Positions 38,750-47,607 of a stretch of 64,000 bases of DNA are shown here, in pieces. The number at the start of each line of letters is the position of its first letter. Within the stretch, counting starts at the first letter, position 1. The DNA lies in the NCBI GenBank assembly GCA_965198005.1, contig CBDAOI010000004.1:576001-640000 (forward strand), written 5' to 3'. The notes under the pieces were generated by a model. It did not search any database. It had not been told where the DNA came from and was given only the letters and a program-made list of their open reading frames with translations. Made by a program: the position numbers and the translations under genes. The stretch is from Spirochaetia bacterium. Lineage in GTDB: Bacteria; Spirochaetota; Spirochaetia; SZUA-6; Bin103.

Positions 38750-40279
38750 TCAGCTTTCCATCAGGAGGCGCATGGCCGGCGGCGTGGTGAACCGCTCCTC
38801 CACCGTCTCGGCGTGCGCCGCGCCGGTTGCTCCGGCGCCGCCGCCGGTGGCCAGCAACGGCCGCAGCAGCTCGGCGGCGCGGGCGGCGAACGCCGCCGGG
38901 CCGAGGGCGGCGTCGATCGCCGCGCTCCGGTCGGGGGGCGCGCGTTCCAGGCCGCGCACCGCGGCCAGCAGGCCGGCGTTCAGTTCTTCGAGCACCGCCC
39001 GGTAGCCGGGGTCGTCGAGGCGCTGCAGCAGGTCGGTCTGCTGGGCGAGGTCCAGGAACGAAAAGTCGGCGGTGTCGCCGCCGATGATCGACTGCAGCTC
39101 CGCGTGCAGCCGCTCCAGCCGGGCGGGAGGCAGGATCCGCCGCGCGCGTTCCAGGGCCGGCCGATACGCGGCGCTCAGTGCCGCGCGCTGATCGGCCGCC
39201 AGCGGACAGCGGACGGAGTCGTACACCGCGGCCGGGTACCCCGCGAGCAGCTCGGAGAGATCGGCCAGCACCGGCAGCCGCCGCGCCAGCAGCGGCCGGC
39301 GCCACTGCAGGGTGTTGACGAACTGAAAGCCGAATCCCTCCTCCACGGACGACGACACGATCAGGTCGGCGGCGGCTACCAGCTCCTCGAAGCCGAGACC
39401 GTGGGCGTCGAGGTGGGCGCCCACGCCGAACCGGCCCGGGATCGCGCCGTGCGCGAACAGCGCCTCGACCTGACGGGAGTAGGGCGTTTCCGCGGCCGAC
39501 GACGCCGGCAGCGTCACCACCAGATTGGCCTGGCAGAGCCGCGCCAGCAGGCCCGCCTCGAGCACGTTCTTGCGCCGCCGGACGCGCACCGGATACAGCC
39601 ACAGCGGCTGCCCGCGGGTCAGCGTGCCGCGGCCGAACGGGGCGGCGCGCGCGGCCGCGGCACGTTCCACGGCGGCGCGTGCCGCGGCCGCCGGCGCGGA
39701 TGCCGGCAGCGGCGGCGGCGCCACCGGCCGCACCGGGTTGGCCAGCAACGTGACCTGCTGCCGCGGCACGCCGGCGGCGTGCAGCACGGCCAGGTCGCGC
39801 CGGTTCAGCACCGCGTAGCGCACGTGAGGCCCGAGCGGGTAGGGGGAGTCCGCCACCTCGCGCCGCAGCCGGCGCAGGTTGGCGGGCCGCCCGCACTCCG
39901 GGAAGTCATGGATCTGCAGCACCAGCGGCTGGCCGCGCGCGGCCGCCTGCAGCACGGCGCCGGTGAACGCCGGGTTCTTGCCCAGGTGGTGATTGTGAAT
40001 CCACCAGACCCCGTCGCCGTAGCGCCGCAGCAGCAGCTCGCACAGGCGCCGGGTCGCGGCGGGGGTCGCCGGCGCGTCGTCGTAGCCCAGCGCATCCAGC
40101 CGTTCACGCGCAATCTCCGGCGGGAAGGCCGGGGCGTCGCCGGCGGCCACCACCACCAGCCGCCGGAGCTCGGGAAGCCGGTCGGGATGTTGGCTCAGCG
40201 CGCGCACCCCGTCGCGCATGACCGTGGTCACCCCGCCGGGCAGCAGGTGGTAATGGAAGACGTAGACCGTATCTCTCAG
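38750..40279 (-). CDS. Glycosyltransferase family 4-like protein
   Basis: FHYHLLPGGVTTV N-terminal motif, HNHHLGKN, RRKNVLE, EEGFGF; start proposed at CTG 40279. Confidence 0.8.
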   Translation of the reverse strand: MRDTVYVFHYHLLPGGVTTVMRDGVRALSQHPDRLPELRRLVVVAAGDAPAFPPEIARERLDALGYDDAPATPAATRRLCELLLRRYGDGVWWIHNHHLGKNPAFTGAVLQAAARGQPLVLQIHDFPECGRPANLRRLRREVADSPYPLGPHVRYAVLNRRDLAVLHAAGVPRQQVTLLANPVRPVAPPPLPASAPAAAARAAVERAAAARAAPFGRGTLTRGQPLWLYPVRVRRRKNVLEAGLLARLCQANLVVTLPASSAAETPYSRQVEALFAHGAIPGRFGVGAHLDAHGLGFEELVAAADLIVSSSVEEGFGFQFVNTLQWRRPLLARRLPVLADLSELLAGYPAAVYDSVRCPLAADQRAALSAAYRPALERARRILPPARLERLHAELQSIIGGDTADFSFLDLAQQTDLLQRLDDPGYRAVLEELNAGLLAAVRGLERAPPDRSAAIDAALGPAAFAARAAELLRPLLATGGGAGATGAAHAETVEERFTTPPAMRLLMES

Positions 40280-41010
40280 ACCGGGTACACGTCCATCTGC
40301 GACAGGTCGATCGTGCTGCCCAGCAGCAGCGTCACGAAGCCGCCGTCCGCAATCGCCTCCCCGTGCAGGTCCAGTCCGCCCTCCTCAAGCACCAGCAGCA
40401 GCGGATTGCTGGCCGGCTGCCGCGTGCGGTACTCCATGATCAGGGCCGGCACCCGCCGGCCGGCGCGCGCATCGTGGTGCTCGCCGTACAGCGGGCCGGA
40501 ACCCACCGCCTCGAACGTGAACTCGCGCTCTTCGTCGCCGTCCCGGATCGGCGGCACGTGCGGGTAGCGGGCGAACTCCAGCTCGTACGGTACGTAGGAA
40601 TCGGGATTGGCCGGCTCCATGAACAGCCACTCGTTGCCCTGGGCGAGCACCGCGGCGCGCGTGCCCGGCTCGAATCCGTCGGGCCGGTAGTAGACCCGCA
40701 GCTCGACCGGCGCGGTGGCGGCGGCCGCGCATACCGCAATCAGCACGTAGGTGGTCTCGCCCGCGGCGAGATCGAACGTCACGTACTCGGCCACCACCCC
40801 GCCGCCGGCGTCGTGGAAGGTGTAGTGGCGCTTGCCGGTCACGGCGTAGTTCAGCCCGTCGCCGCCGCCGGTGAGCTCGGCTTCTTCCAGCGCCTGGAAG
40901 TCGCGCAGCGCAATGGAGCTGCCCTCCGGCAGGCGGCGCCAGAACTCCGGCTCCGCGGGGGAGTGAATGGGAGCGGGCTCCCGGCGCCGCCGGCGCCGGC
41001 TGAACAACAT
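40276..41010 (-). CDS. Hypothetical protein (possibly DUF4178-like)
   Basis: Clear GC3 bias, co-directional with DUF350; family call tentative. Confidence 0.6.
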   Translation of the reverse strand: MLFSRRRRRREPAPIHSPAEPEFWRRLPEGSSIALRDFQALEEAELTGGGDGLNYAVTGKRHYTFHDAGGGVVAEYVTFDLAAGETTYVLIAVCAAAATAPVELRVYYRPDGFEPGTRAAVLAQGNEWLFMEPANPDSYVPYELEFARYPHVPPIRDGDEEREFTFEAVGSGPLYGEHHDARAGRRVPALIMEYRTRQPASNPLLLVLEEGGLDLHGEAIADGGFVTLLLGSTIDLSQMDVYPV

Positions 41011-41035
41011 CGCGGCTCGGGGGTGCCCTGCGCGG

Positions 41036-41770
41036 TCAGTCGTAGTAGCGCGACTTGGAGCGCATGACGAAGAAGATGGCGAAGATGATCCCGATCATCA
41101 TCAGCCCGGTCCAGAAGCCCGAGGTCCGGCCGCCGTAGTAGGCGCCCGGCGCCGGCCCGTAGTAGTAGCCCTGCCGCGACATCAGCAGCCCGAGCATGGC
41201 CGCGTCGGTCATGGCGCTGTACAGCACCCAGGTGCCCAGGCTCGGGTGGAGGTAGCCGTAACCGCCGAGCCCGGCGTTGTAGGCGACGTTGACGTTGCGG
41301 CCGTCGACCCGCGTGGACTGGGGAACGTGCCCCGGCCGGGTCGCGGGTTGGCTGGCGTAGCGCGACGGGAACTGGCTGGAATTGCGACTGACGAACGTCT
41401 GCTCCGCCTGCTGCCGGGTCCGGTAGGTGGTGCCGTTGGCGCGCGCCCGCTGATACTGGGCGTTGCTGACGCCGCGGGTGTTGGCGCGCGCCGTGCCGGC
41501 GCGCGACCCCGAGAGCGCGCTGCGGGTGCTGTTCGTGCGCACCCGGTTGCTGCCCCAGGCGCGGGTTCCCACCGTGCTGCGGGTGGAGAAGCTGCGCGAC
41601 GAGAAGCTGCGGCCGAACGAGGCGCCGCCGAAGCCGCCGCCGCGCCGCGCGAGCGCGTCTTCCGCCACCAGCAGCAGCGCTGCCGCCAGGGCCACCACCG
41701 CCCAGATCCGCCGCCGTGCGAACGGCACCCGGCGCCGCGCCGGCCGCGGCGCGGCCTGTGGCCCGGTCAC
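41036..41770 (-). CDS. Exported Gly/Ser/Arg-rich protein with C-terminal TM anchor
   Basis: Signal peptide, then RRGGGFGGASFGRSFSS low complexity; C-terminal TM. Confidence 0.7.
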   Translation of the reverse strand: MTGPQAAPRPARRRVPFARRRIWAVVALAAALLLVAEDALARRGGGFGGASFGRSFSSRSFSTRSTVGTRAWGSNRVRTNSTRSALSGSRAGTARANTRGVSNAQYQRARANGTTYRTRQQAEQTFVSRNSSQFPSRYASQPATRPGHVPQSTRVDGRNVNVAYNAGLGGYGYLHPSLGTWVLYSAMTDAAMLGLLMSRQGYYYGPAPGAYYGGRTSGFWTGLMMIGIIFAIFFVMRSKSRYYD

Positions 41771-42681
41771 GGCGCCACTCCGGCGGCGGCCGCCGCGGTC
41801 ACCGCTTCCGCCGGGTTGGCCGCGGCGCTGAACAGAATCGCGATCACCAGGAACGCCCCGGCCGCGACGGCCGCGGCCGCCGTATTCTTGTGCTCCGCCA
41901 CTTCCTGCGACAGCACGCCGTGAGGGAGCAACACCTTGTCCGCGATCACGCGCCCGAGCAGCAGCAGCACCAGTCCGCTGACCGCGATGATCAGCGTGAT
42001 CAGCAGCTCCCGGCCGAGATCGCTGCCGGCCCCGGTCAGGGCGGTGCGGATGATCAGCCCCTGCGCCACCAGAAAGGCGCCGAAACTGATGCCGACCGCG
42101 GGGTTGCCGTCACGTTCGATACTGTCGTGCACGTCGTAGCGGGTAATGGCCTGAAACAGCAGCCCGTCGGCGACCAGTATCGCCTGGCCGGCCACCCAGT
42201 AGATCATCACGTCGCGCAGCAGCAGCAGCAGGCTGCCGCTGCTGCCCAGCATCACGCCGGAAAGCATCAGGCCGGTGGCGATGCTCATGCCGCCCACGAC
42301 GTAGCCGGTGCCGACGTTGTGCTCGTCCGCGATCTCGGTGCCGACGTGAAACGTGTGCAGCACCAGCTTGTCGTTGATCACCATGCTCAGGCGCAGCAAC
42401 CCGATCGACAGCACCCCGGTGACCACGATCCCGGCGAGATCGGCGACCAGCGCGCCGGTGGTGCCGGTCAGGGTGGCCGCCACCGCGAACGCCAGCCCGA
42501 CCAGGTAGCCGACGAAGCTGACCCCGACCGCGTTGTTGCGCTCGGCGGTGAGATGGCGGTCGATGTCGTACCCGGTGGTAAGGTTGTAGAACAGCTTGCC
42601 GAGAAACACCAGCCCGACCCCGAACGCGAAGTAGGGGAGTTTCTCGATCACGAACTCGAGCGTAGCGATCAGCGTCTGCAT
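41767..42681 (-). CDS. Tandem DUF350 membrane protein
   Basis: Repeated E..N.AVG motifs (ERNNAVG, EHNVGTG, DGNPAVG, HKNTAAA); 8 TM. Confidence 0.85.
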   Translation of the reverse strand: MQTLIATLEFVIEKLPYFAFGVGLVFLGKLFYNLTTGYDIDRHLTAERNNAVGVSFVGYLVGLAFAVAATLTGTTGALVADLAGIVVTGVLSIGLLRLSMVINDKLVLHTFHVGTEIADEHNVGTGYVVGGMSIATGLMLSGVMLGSSGSLLLLLRDVMIYWVAGQAILVADGLLFQAITRYDVHDSIERDGNPAVGISFGAFLVAQGLIIRTALTGAGSDLGRELLITLIIAVSGLVLLLLGRVIADKVLLPHGVLSQEVAEHKNTAAAAVAAGAFLVIAILFSAAANPAEAVTAAAAAGVAP

Positions 42682-42817
42682 CGCACTGTACCGTCCAAAT
42701 GTTTCAGGGGTGTGGCATGCCACCCCCCGGTATCATGCCCAGTATAGTGTATCGGTCGGGGCGGCGCCAACGGCGCCAACTTTGGCGCGTGCGCCGCCGA
42801 CGGTACACTACCGGTCG

Positions 42818-43687
42818 ATGACCAGCTATCGCGCTCTGCGCCGTCGCACCTATGAGGTGCTGGAGAAGGCGGGTGCCGGCGATCGCCTGTCGGCGGTGGT
42901 GGACCTTACGGTGACGGCGGTGATCGTGGCCAACATCGCCGCGGTGGTGTTGGAGTCCTTTTCCGGCATGTATGACCGCTATCGGCGGTGGTTCGACTTG
43001 GTCGAGCTGGTGTCGGTGGCGTTGTTCACGGTGGAGTACGTGCTGCGCCTGTGGACCTGCGAGTTTGCGCGCCCGCAGCGCTCGCGGGCGGCGGCCGTGG
43101 CGTTGTTCGTGGTGTCGCCGATCGGCCTGATCGACCTGATCGCGATCCTCCCGTTCTACCTGCCGTTCCTGATCCCGGTCGATCTGCGGGTGGTGCGCGT
43201 GCTGCGGCTGGTACGGTTCCTGCGGCTGCTCAAGCTGGCCCGTTACACCCGCTCGCTCGCGATCATGGGCACCGTGTTGCGCGAGCGCGGTTCCGAGCTG
43301 CTGACGGCGGTGTTCCTGACCTCGCTGCTGCTGGTGGTGGCCTCGACCTTGATGTTCTATATGGAGCACGACGTGCAGCCGGAGGCGTTTCCCAACATCG
43401 TCGCCTCGCTGTGGTGGGCGGTGGCCACCCTGACCACCATCGGCTACGGCGACGTGTTTCCGGTCACCGGGTGGGGCCGGCTGCTGAGCGGCGTGATCGC
43501 CGTGCTGGGCATCGGTCTGGTGGCGCTGCCGACGGCGATCATCAGCTCCGGCTTCATCGAGGCGCTGGCCCGCCGCCGGCCGCAAGCCACGCCGGAGGAC
43601 GCCGTACCGCCGCCGGCAGTCTGTCCGCACTGCGGGCAGCCGCTGGACTCGCCGCCCGAGCGAACCGAGCGGGCTACCGGATCTTGA
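42818..43687 (+). CDS. Voltage-gated potassium channel (ion_trans)
   Basis: S4 RVVRVLRLVRFLRLLK; filter TTIGYGD; C-terminal CPHC. Confidence 0.93.
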   Translation: MTSYRALRRRTYEVLEKAGAGDRLSAVVDLTVTAVIVANIAAVVLESFSGMYDRYRRWFDLVELVSVALFTVEYVLRLWTCEFARPQRSRAAAVALFVVSPIGLIDLIAILPFYLPFLIPVDLRVVRVLRLVRFLRLLKLARYTRSLAIMGTVLRERGSELLTAVFLTSLLLVVASTLMFYMEHDVQPEAFPNIVASLWWAVATLTTIGYGDVFPVTGWGRLLSGVIAVLGIGLVALPTAIISSGFIEALARRRPQATPEDAVPPPAVCPHCGQPLDSPPERTERATGS

Positions 43688-44717
43688 TCAGCGCCACCAT
43701 GAACACCATGGTGATGATCCCCTGCAGGAGCGTGAACCGCACCAGCACCTGATTGTTCGACCAGCCCGCCTGATGGCGCGCGTGGTCGTGCAGCGGGAAG
43801 CGGATGCTGTGCAGGATGCTGATGTTGAAGAAGCGCAGCAGCGCGACCTTCAGCAGGCCGGTGCCGCCGTTGACCAGCAGCACGCCGGACACGATCAGCA
43901 GCATGAACGGGTTGCCGCTCTTGATCACCAGAATGCCGAGCAGCAGGCCGACCGCGCGCGACCCCGCGTCGCCCATCAGCAGCTCGCTGGGGTAGGCGTT
44001 GTACCACAGGTAGCCGATCAGGCAGCCGAGCATGGCGAAGGCGGTGATCGCCCAGGTGGCGCCGTCGGGATAGTGCGGCAGCAGCAGGTACTCGGACACC
44101 ACGTCGTGGCCGAGGACGAAGTAGAGCAGGCCGCCGAGCGTCGTGAGCGCCACCACCGACAGACTGCCGGAGAGCCCATCGACTCCGTCGGTGCAGTTGG
44201 TGGCGTTGATCGCAATCCAGAGCAGGGCGGTGGCGGCCGGCACGCAGATCCAGCGCGGCACCGCCACCGCCGCCTTCGCGAACGGCAGCCACACCTCGGT
44301 GGCGGCGCTGCCGCACAGCGCCAGCGCCGCCAGCAGCGCCAGGGCGAAGTCGATCGCCCCCAGCCAGTACTCGGACAGGGCGGTACGGTCGTCGAGATAG
44401 CCGGTCGCCATGGCCAGCACCACCACGCCGAGCACCCCGAGATGGGGCGTATTCCACGGCACGGTGATCAGGGCCACGACCACGTACACCAGCACGAATA
44501 CCACGCCGGCGCTGGTGGGTTTGCCCACCGCGGCCTCGGTCTGCACGGCGAACGGGCGGCCCCGGTCGCGCGGCAGGCGCACCGCCAGACGCGGCAGCAG
44601 CAGCCAAGTCACGATGCCGGACAGAACGATGGCGGCGCCGGCCAGGAAGATATGGGACGTGAGCAGGCGAAACGGGCCGTAGACCGACTCGAGGGCCTCA
44701 CCGAGGACGAACAGCAC
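43674..44717 (-). CDS. mraY: Phospho-N-acetylmuramoyl-pentapeptide transferase
   Basis: GKPT, GYLDD, NCTDGVDGL, LMGDAGS, PLHDH. Confidence 0.88.
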   Translation of the reverse strand: MLFVLGEALESVYGPFRLLTSHIFLAGAAIVLSGIVTWLLLPRLAVRLPRDRGRPFAVQTEAAVGKPTSAGVVFVLVYVVVALITVPWNTPHLGVLGVVVLAMATGYLDDRTALSEYWLGAIDFALALLAALALCGSAATEVWLPFAKAAVAVPRWICVPAATALLWIAINATNCTDGVDGLSGSLSVVALTTLGGLLYFVLGHDVVSEYLLLPHYPDGATWAITAFAMLGCLIGYLWYNAYPSELLMGDAGSRAVGLLLGILVIKSGNPFMLLIVSGVLLVNGGTGLLKVALLRFFNISILHSIRFPLHDHARHQAGWSNNQVLVRFTLLQGIITMVFMVALIKIR

Positions 44718-44786
44718 TCGACCGGAGCATAGCCGCCGGTCGCCGCCGCGTCAAGCAGTCGGACCCGGCGTCGCGGGGCGTCTCCT

Positions 44787-45785
44787 TCAGTACATCAGGG
44801 TCTGCGGGTAGTCCTCGTAGGTGGGACAGCCCTCTTCGGCGAAGATGCGGTCGATCTCCGCGCGGTCCGCGGCGCTCAGGCGCCAATCGACGGCGGCGGT
44901 GTTCTCGGCCAGCTCCCGGTCGTTGCGCATGCCGACCAGCGCCACCGTCACCGCCGGGTTGCCCAGCACCCAGGCGATGGCGAGCTGCGCCAGCGACTTG
45001 CCGTAGCGCGCCGCCAGCTCCGCCAGCCGCGCGCCGACGCGCAGCTCCCGCTTGAAGTTGTCGCGCTGGAACAGCGGCAGCCAGAAGGCGGTGTAGCGGT
45101 TGCGCCAGTCACCCTCCTCGAAGGTGTGGTCCGGCCCCAAGGCGCCGGTCAGCAGCCCGAACGCGAGCGTGCCGTACGCCATGAAGCCGATGCTGTGCTC
45201 CCGGCAGTAGGGCAGGATCCGCTTCTGCATGCGCTGATCGAACAGGTGGTAGCCGACCTGGTTGACCGCGACATCGGTGAATTGGCGGCAGTAGTCCAGC
45301 ATCTCGACGTTGAAGTTGGAGACCCCGCCGTAGCGGATCTTGCCGTCCTGCATCAGCTTCTCGAAAGCGCGCATCGGCTCGTCCAGCGGCGTCATGAAGT
45401 CGGGCCAGTGGATCAGCATCAGATCGATGACGTCGGTGCCGAGCCGGCGCAGACAGCCCTCGGTGCGCTCGATGATGTGCTCGTAGCGCGAGTTGCGGCC
45501 GAGAATCCTGCGCTCCTCGTCGTTGAAGAAGAAGCCGGTCTTGGTGACCAGGATCACTTCCTTGCGCCGCTCGCCGAGCGCCTTGCCCAGGATCTCTTCC
45601 GAGTGGAAGGGACCGTAGACCTCGGCGGTGTCGAACAGGTTGATGCCGTGGTCGATCGCGGCGCGTACGGCCCGCGACGCCTCGTCCACGTCGATCGAGC
45701 CGTACATGGTGGTGCTCATCTCCCAGGTGCCGAAGCCGATCGGCGAGGTCATGAGGTCGGTGTTGCCCAGTGGTCGTCGTTCCAT
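44787..45785 (-). CDS. Aldo/keto reductase
   Basis: GFGTW, FDTAEVYG, IDLMLIHWP, GKIRYGGVSNF. Confidence 0.93.
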   Translation of the reverse strand: MERRPLGNTDLMTSPIGFGTWEMSTTMYGSIDVDEASRAVRAAIDHGINLFDTAEVYGPFHSEEILGKALGERRKEVILVTKTGFFFNDEERRILGRNSRYEHIIERTEGCLRRLGTDVIDLMLIHWPDFMTPLDEPMRAFEKLMQDGKIRYGGVSNFNVEMLDYCRQFTDVAVNQVGYHLFDQRMQKRILPYCREHSIGFMAYGTLAFGLLTGALGPDHTFEEGDWRNRYTAFWLPLFQRDNFKRELRVGARLAELAARYGKSLAQLAIAWVLGNPAVTVALVGMRNDRELAENTAAVDWRLSAADRAEIDRIFAEEGCPTYEDYPQTLMY

Positions 45786-45883
45786 GTGCGCGCACCCTAG
45801 CACGCTGCGCGATCAACATCAACACCCCCGGAGGTCGCGCTGGATAACGAGATCGGCATCCTCGTGACCCGCAACCCGCGCGA

Positions 45884-47557
45884 CTATCCCAAGGCCGCGA
45901 TGGAATCGTCTGCATGGAACAGTATCCGGTATCGCCCGCGCGCTACCGGGTACAGAAACGGACTGGAGATGATGTGCTGTCCGGCGTGGCTGCTGGTGAT
46001 GCCTTGTCGCATGAGATTGTCCCGGAGTTCCGCAAACGCCATCGTGGACCCCATCCCCGCTACGGCGCGAACCACCCTGCGGTCGGTGGTAGTCAGCTCG
46101 TCGAACCGGATGTCATGTCGCAGTTGCACGTAGTTTCCATCGATGAGACACCAGTTGGTCTGCCTGATCATCTCCAACAGCACGTGAGCGGGGGGCAATT
46201 CGTCGCCCGTTCTCGTCCGTCGAATGGCCCCGTGGATCTCGTCCAGGTGCAGACGGCCACAGACAGAAAACAACTTCCTGCACTGATAGAGGATATTGTT
46301 GCTGCGTCTCGGCCGCCCGTCCGGGGCATGCCAGTAGACACCGGTATCCCGGTCCAGCCATTGATAATCGGGGTGGGCGTCGATGAGTCGCGTGAGGAGG
46401 GTCGCCATCGCGGACCGCCCCCTGGCGAGTCTTGCCGTCTGGCCGACGATGGAGTGCGCCATCGGCCGCGTCGACGAGAGAATCCGTAGCGCCCTACGGT
46501 ATCTCGCCCGTTCTCCGGTCAAGATCAACACCCGGTTCCCACGGGTCGTCAGCGGAACCAGGGGCCACTCCGTCCCCGCCAGCTCCACGGCGTTCCGTAC
46601 CCCCGAATAGTGGAGCCCGACCCGTGAAACGCCGTGCTTTCTGAGCAGATCGGGCACGTCACCCACGGCGATGGGAGTGGATTCCGTCACGATCCGCAGC
46701 GCTTCCGAAATCCGCCGCGGACAGATCCCGTCGAGGCGGTGGCGTATGGCTCGTTTCCCGGTACTCTCGATCTGCCTGATGCGTTCTCGCGAGACCCGCT
46801 TGCCGAGCCGTGACAATTCAGGGTCCTTGGCGAGTTCCTTGAGCGTGCGAATCCGCTGACCCGACCAGCCCAGGCGAAGCATCATGATGCTGCGCTTGGC
46901 AGGTGCAATGACTTCGGTAACGACGTAGTCGAGTTCCGCCTCCGCGGTAGCCAGCCCCGTACTCAAGGTCTGACGAAAAACCTGTCCCCGCGCAGTAGCG
47001 CACTCGGCTGCGGTACGGGGGTCCATGACCAACGCGAGCCCGTGGTCGTCCAGTGCGTCGATGATCTCCTGCAGAGTCCCACTACCGAGGTTGCGGGTGC
47101 GAACGAGGTCCGGAGCGTTCCACTGTATCAGCTCCCCGACCGTGTGGACGCCCAGGGCTTGCAGGCAATTGGAGGCACGCACACCCAGATTGAGCACGTG
47201 CACTCCGGAGGAAAGAATGGACCGTCCGGTGGTATCCGCCGGTAGCGGTTCCGGCGTACGCGCCACTCGGGTCGAGATCGGGTTCTTGTCCATGCCCAGC
47301 CGGAGCCCATGGTTCGCGAGCGCGCGCGTGATCTCCTGCAGGGTCGTCGCACCGAGGTTCCGCGTGCGGAGCAGATCCTCCGGCCGATACGTAACGAGCT
47401 CCTCAACAGTTCCGACCCCAAGCGCACGCAGGCAGTTGGCCGCACGAACACTGAGCCTGAGGCCCTCGACTGCGGACCTGAGGATGTCGCCATTGGTCGC
47501 TTCGGACACTGCCGTGACTGGCGATGGCGTCCCCGGTTTCTGCATTGTCTCCCACAT
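45884..47557 (-). CDS. Protein with two RNAP alpha-CTD-like domains, a sigma70 region 4 HTH and an unknown C-terminal region
   Basis: LSVRAANCL...RNLG...GLRLGM and LGVRASNCL...RNLG; then TLKELA...VSRERIRQIE. Confidence 0.85.
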   Translation of the reverse strand: MWETMQKPGTPSPVTAVSEATNGDILRSAVEGLRLSVRAANCLRALGVGTVEELVTYRPEDLLRTRNLGATTLQEITRALANHGLRLGMDKNPISTRVARTPEPLPADTTGRSILSSGVHVLNLGVRASNCLQALGVHTVGELIQWNAPDLVRTRNLGSGTLQEIIDALDDHGLALVMDPRTAAECATARGQVFRQTLSTGLATAEAELDYVVTEVIAPAKRSIMMLRLGWSGQRIRTLKELAKDPELSRLGKRVSRERIRQIESTGKRAIRHRLDGICPRRISEALRIVTESTPIAVGDVPDLLRKHGVSRVGLHYSGVRNAVELAGTEWPLVPLTTRGNRVLILTGERARYRRALRILSSTRPMAHSIVGQTARLARGRSAMATLLTRLIDAHPDYQWLDRDTGVYWHAPDGRPRRSNNILYQCRKLFSVCGRLHLDEIHGAIRRTRTGDELPPAHVLLEMIRQTNWCLIDGNYVQLRHDIRFDELTTTDRRVVRAVAGMGSTMAFAELRDNLMRQGITSSHAGQHIISSPFLYPVARGRYRILFHADDSIAALG

Positions 47558-47607
47558 ATGGTATAGTACGTCCTTACGATAGGGTCAAAGGGGCGAACAA
47601 CGAGCGA

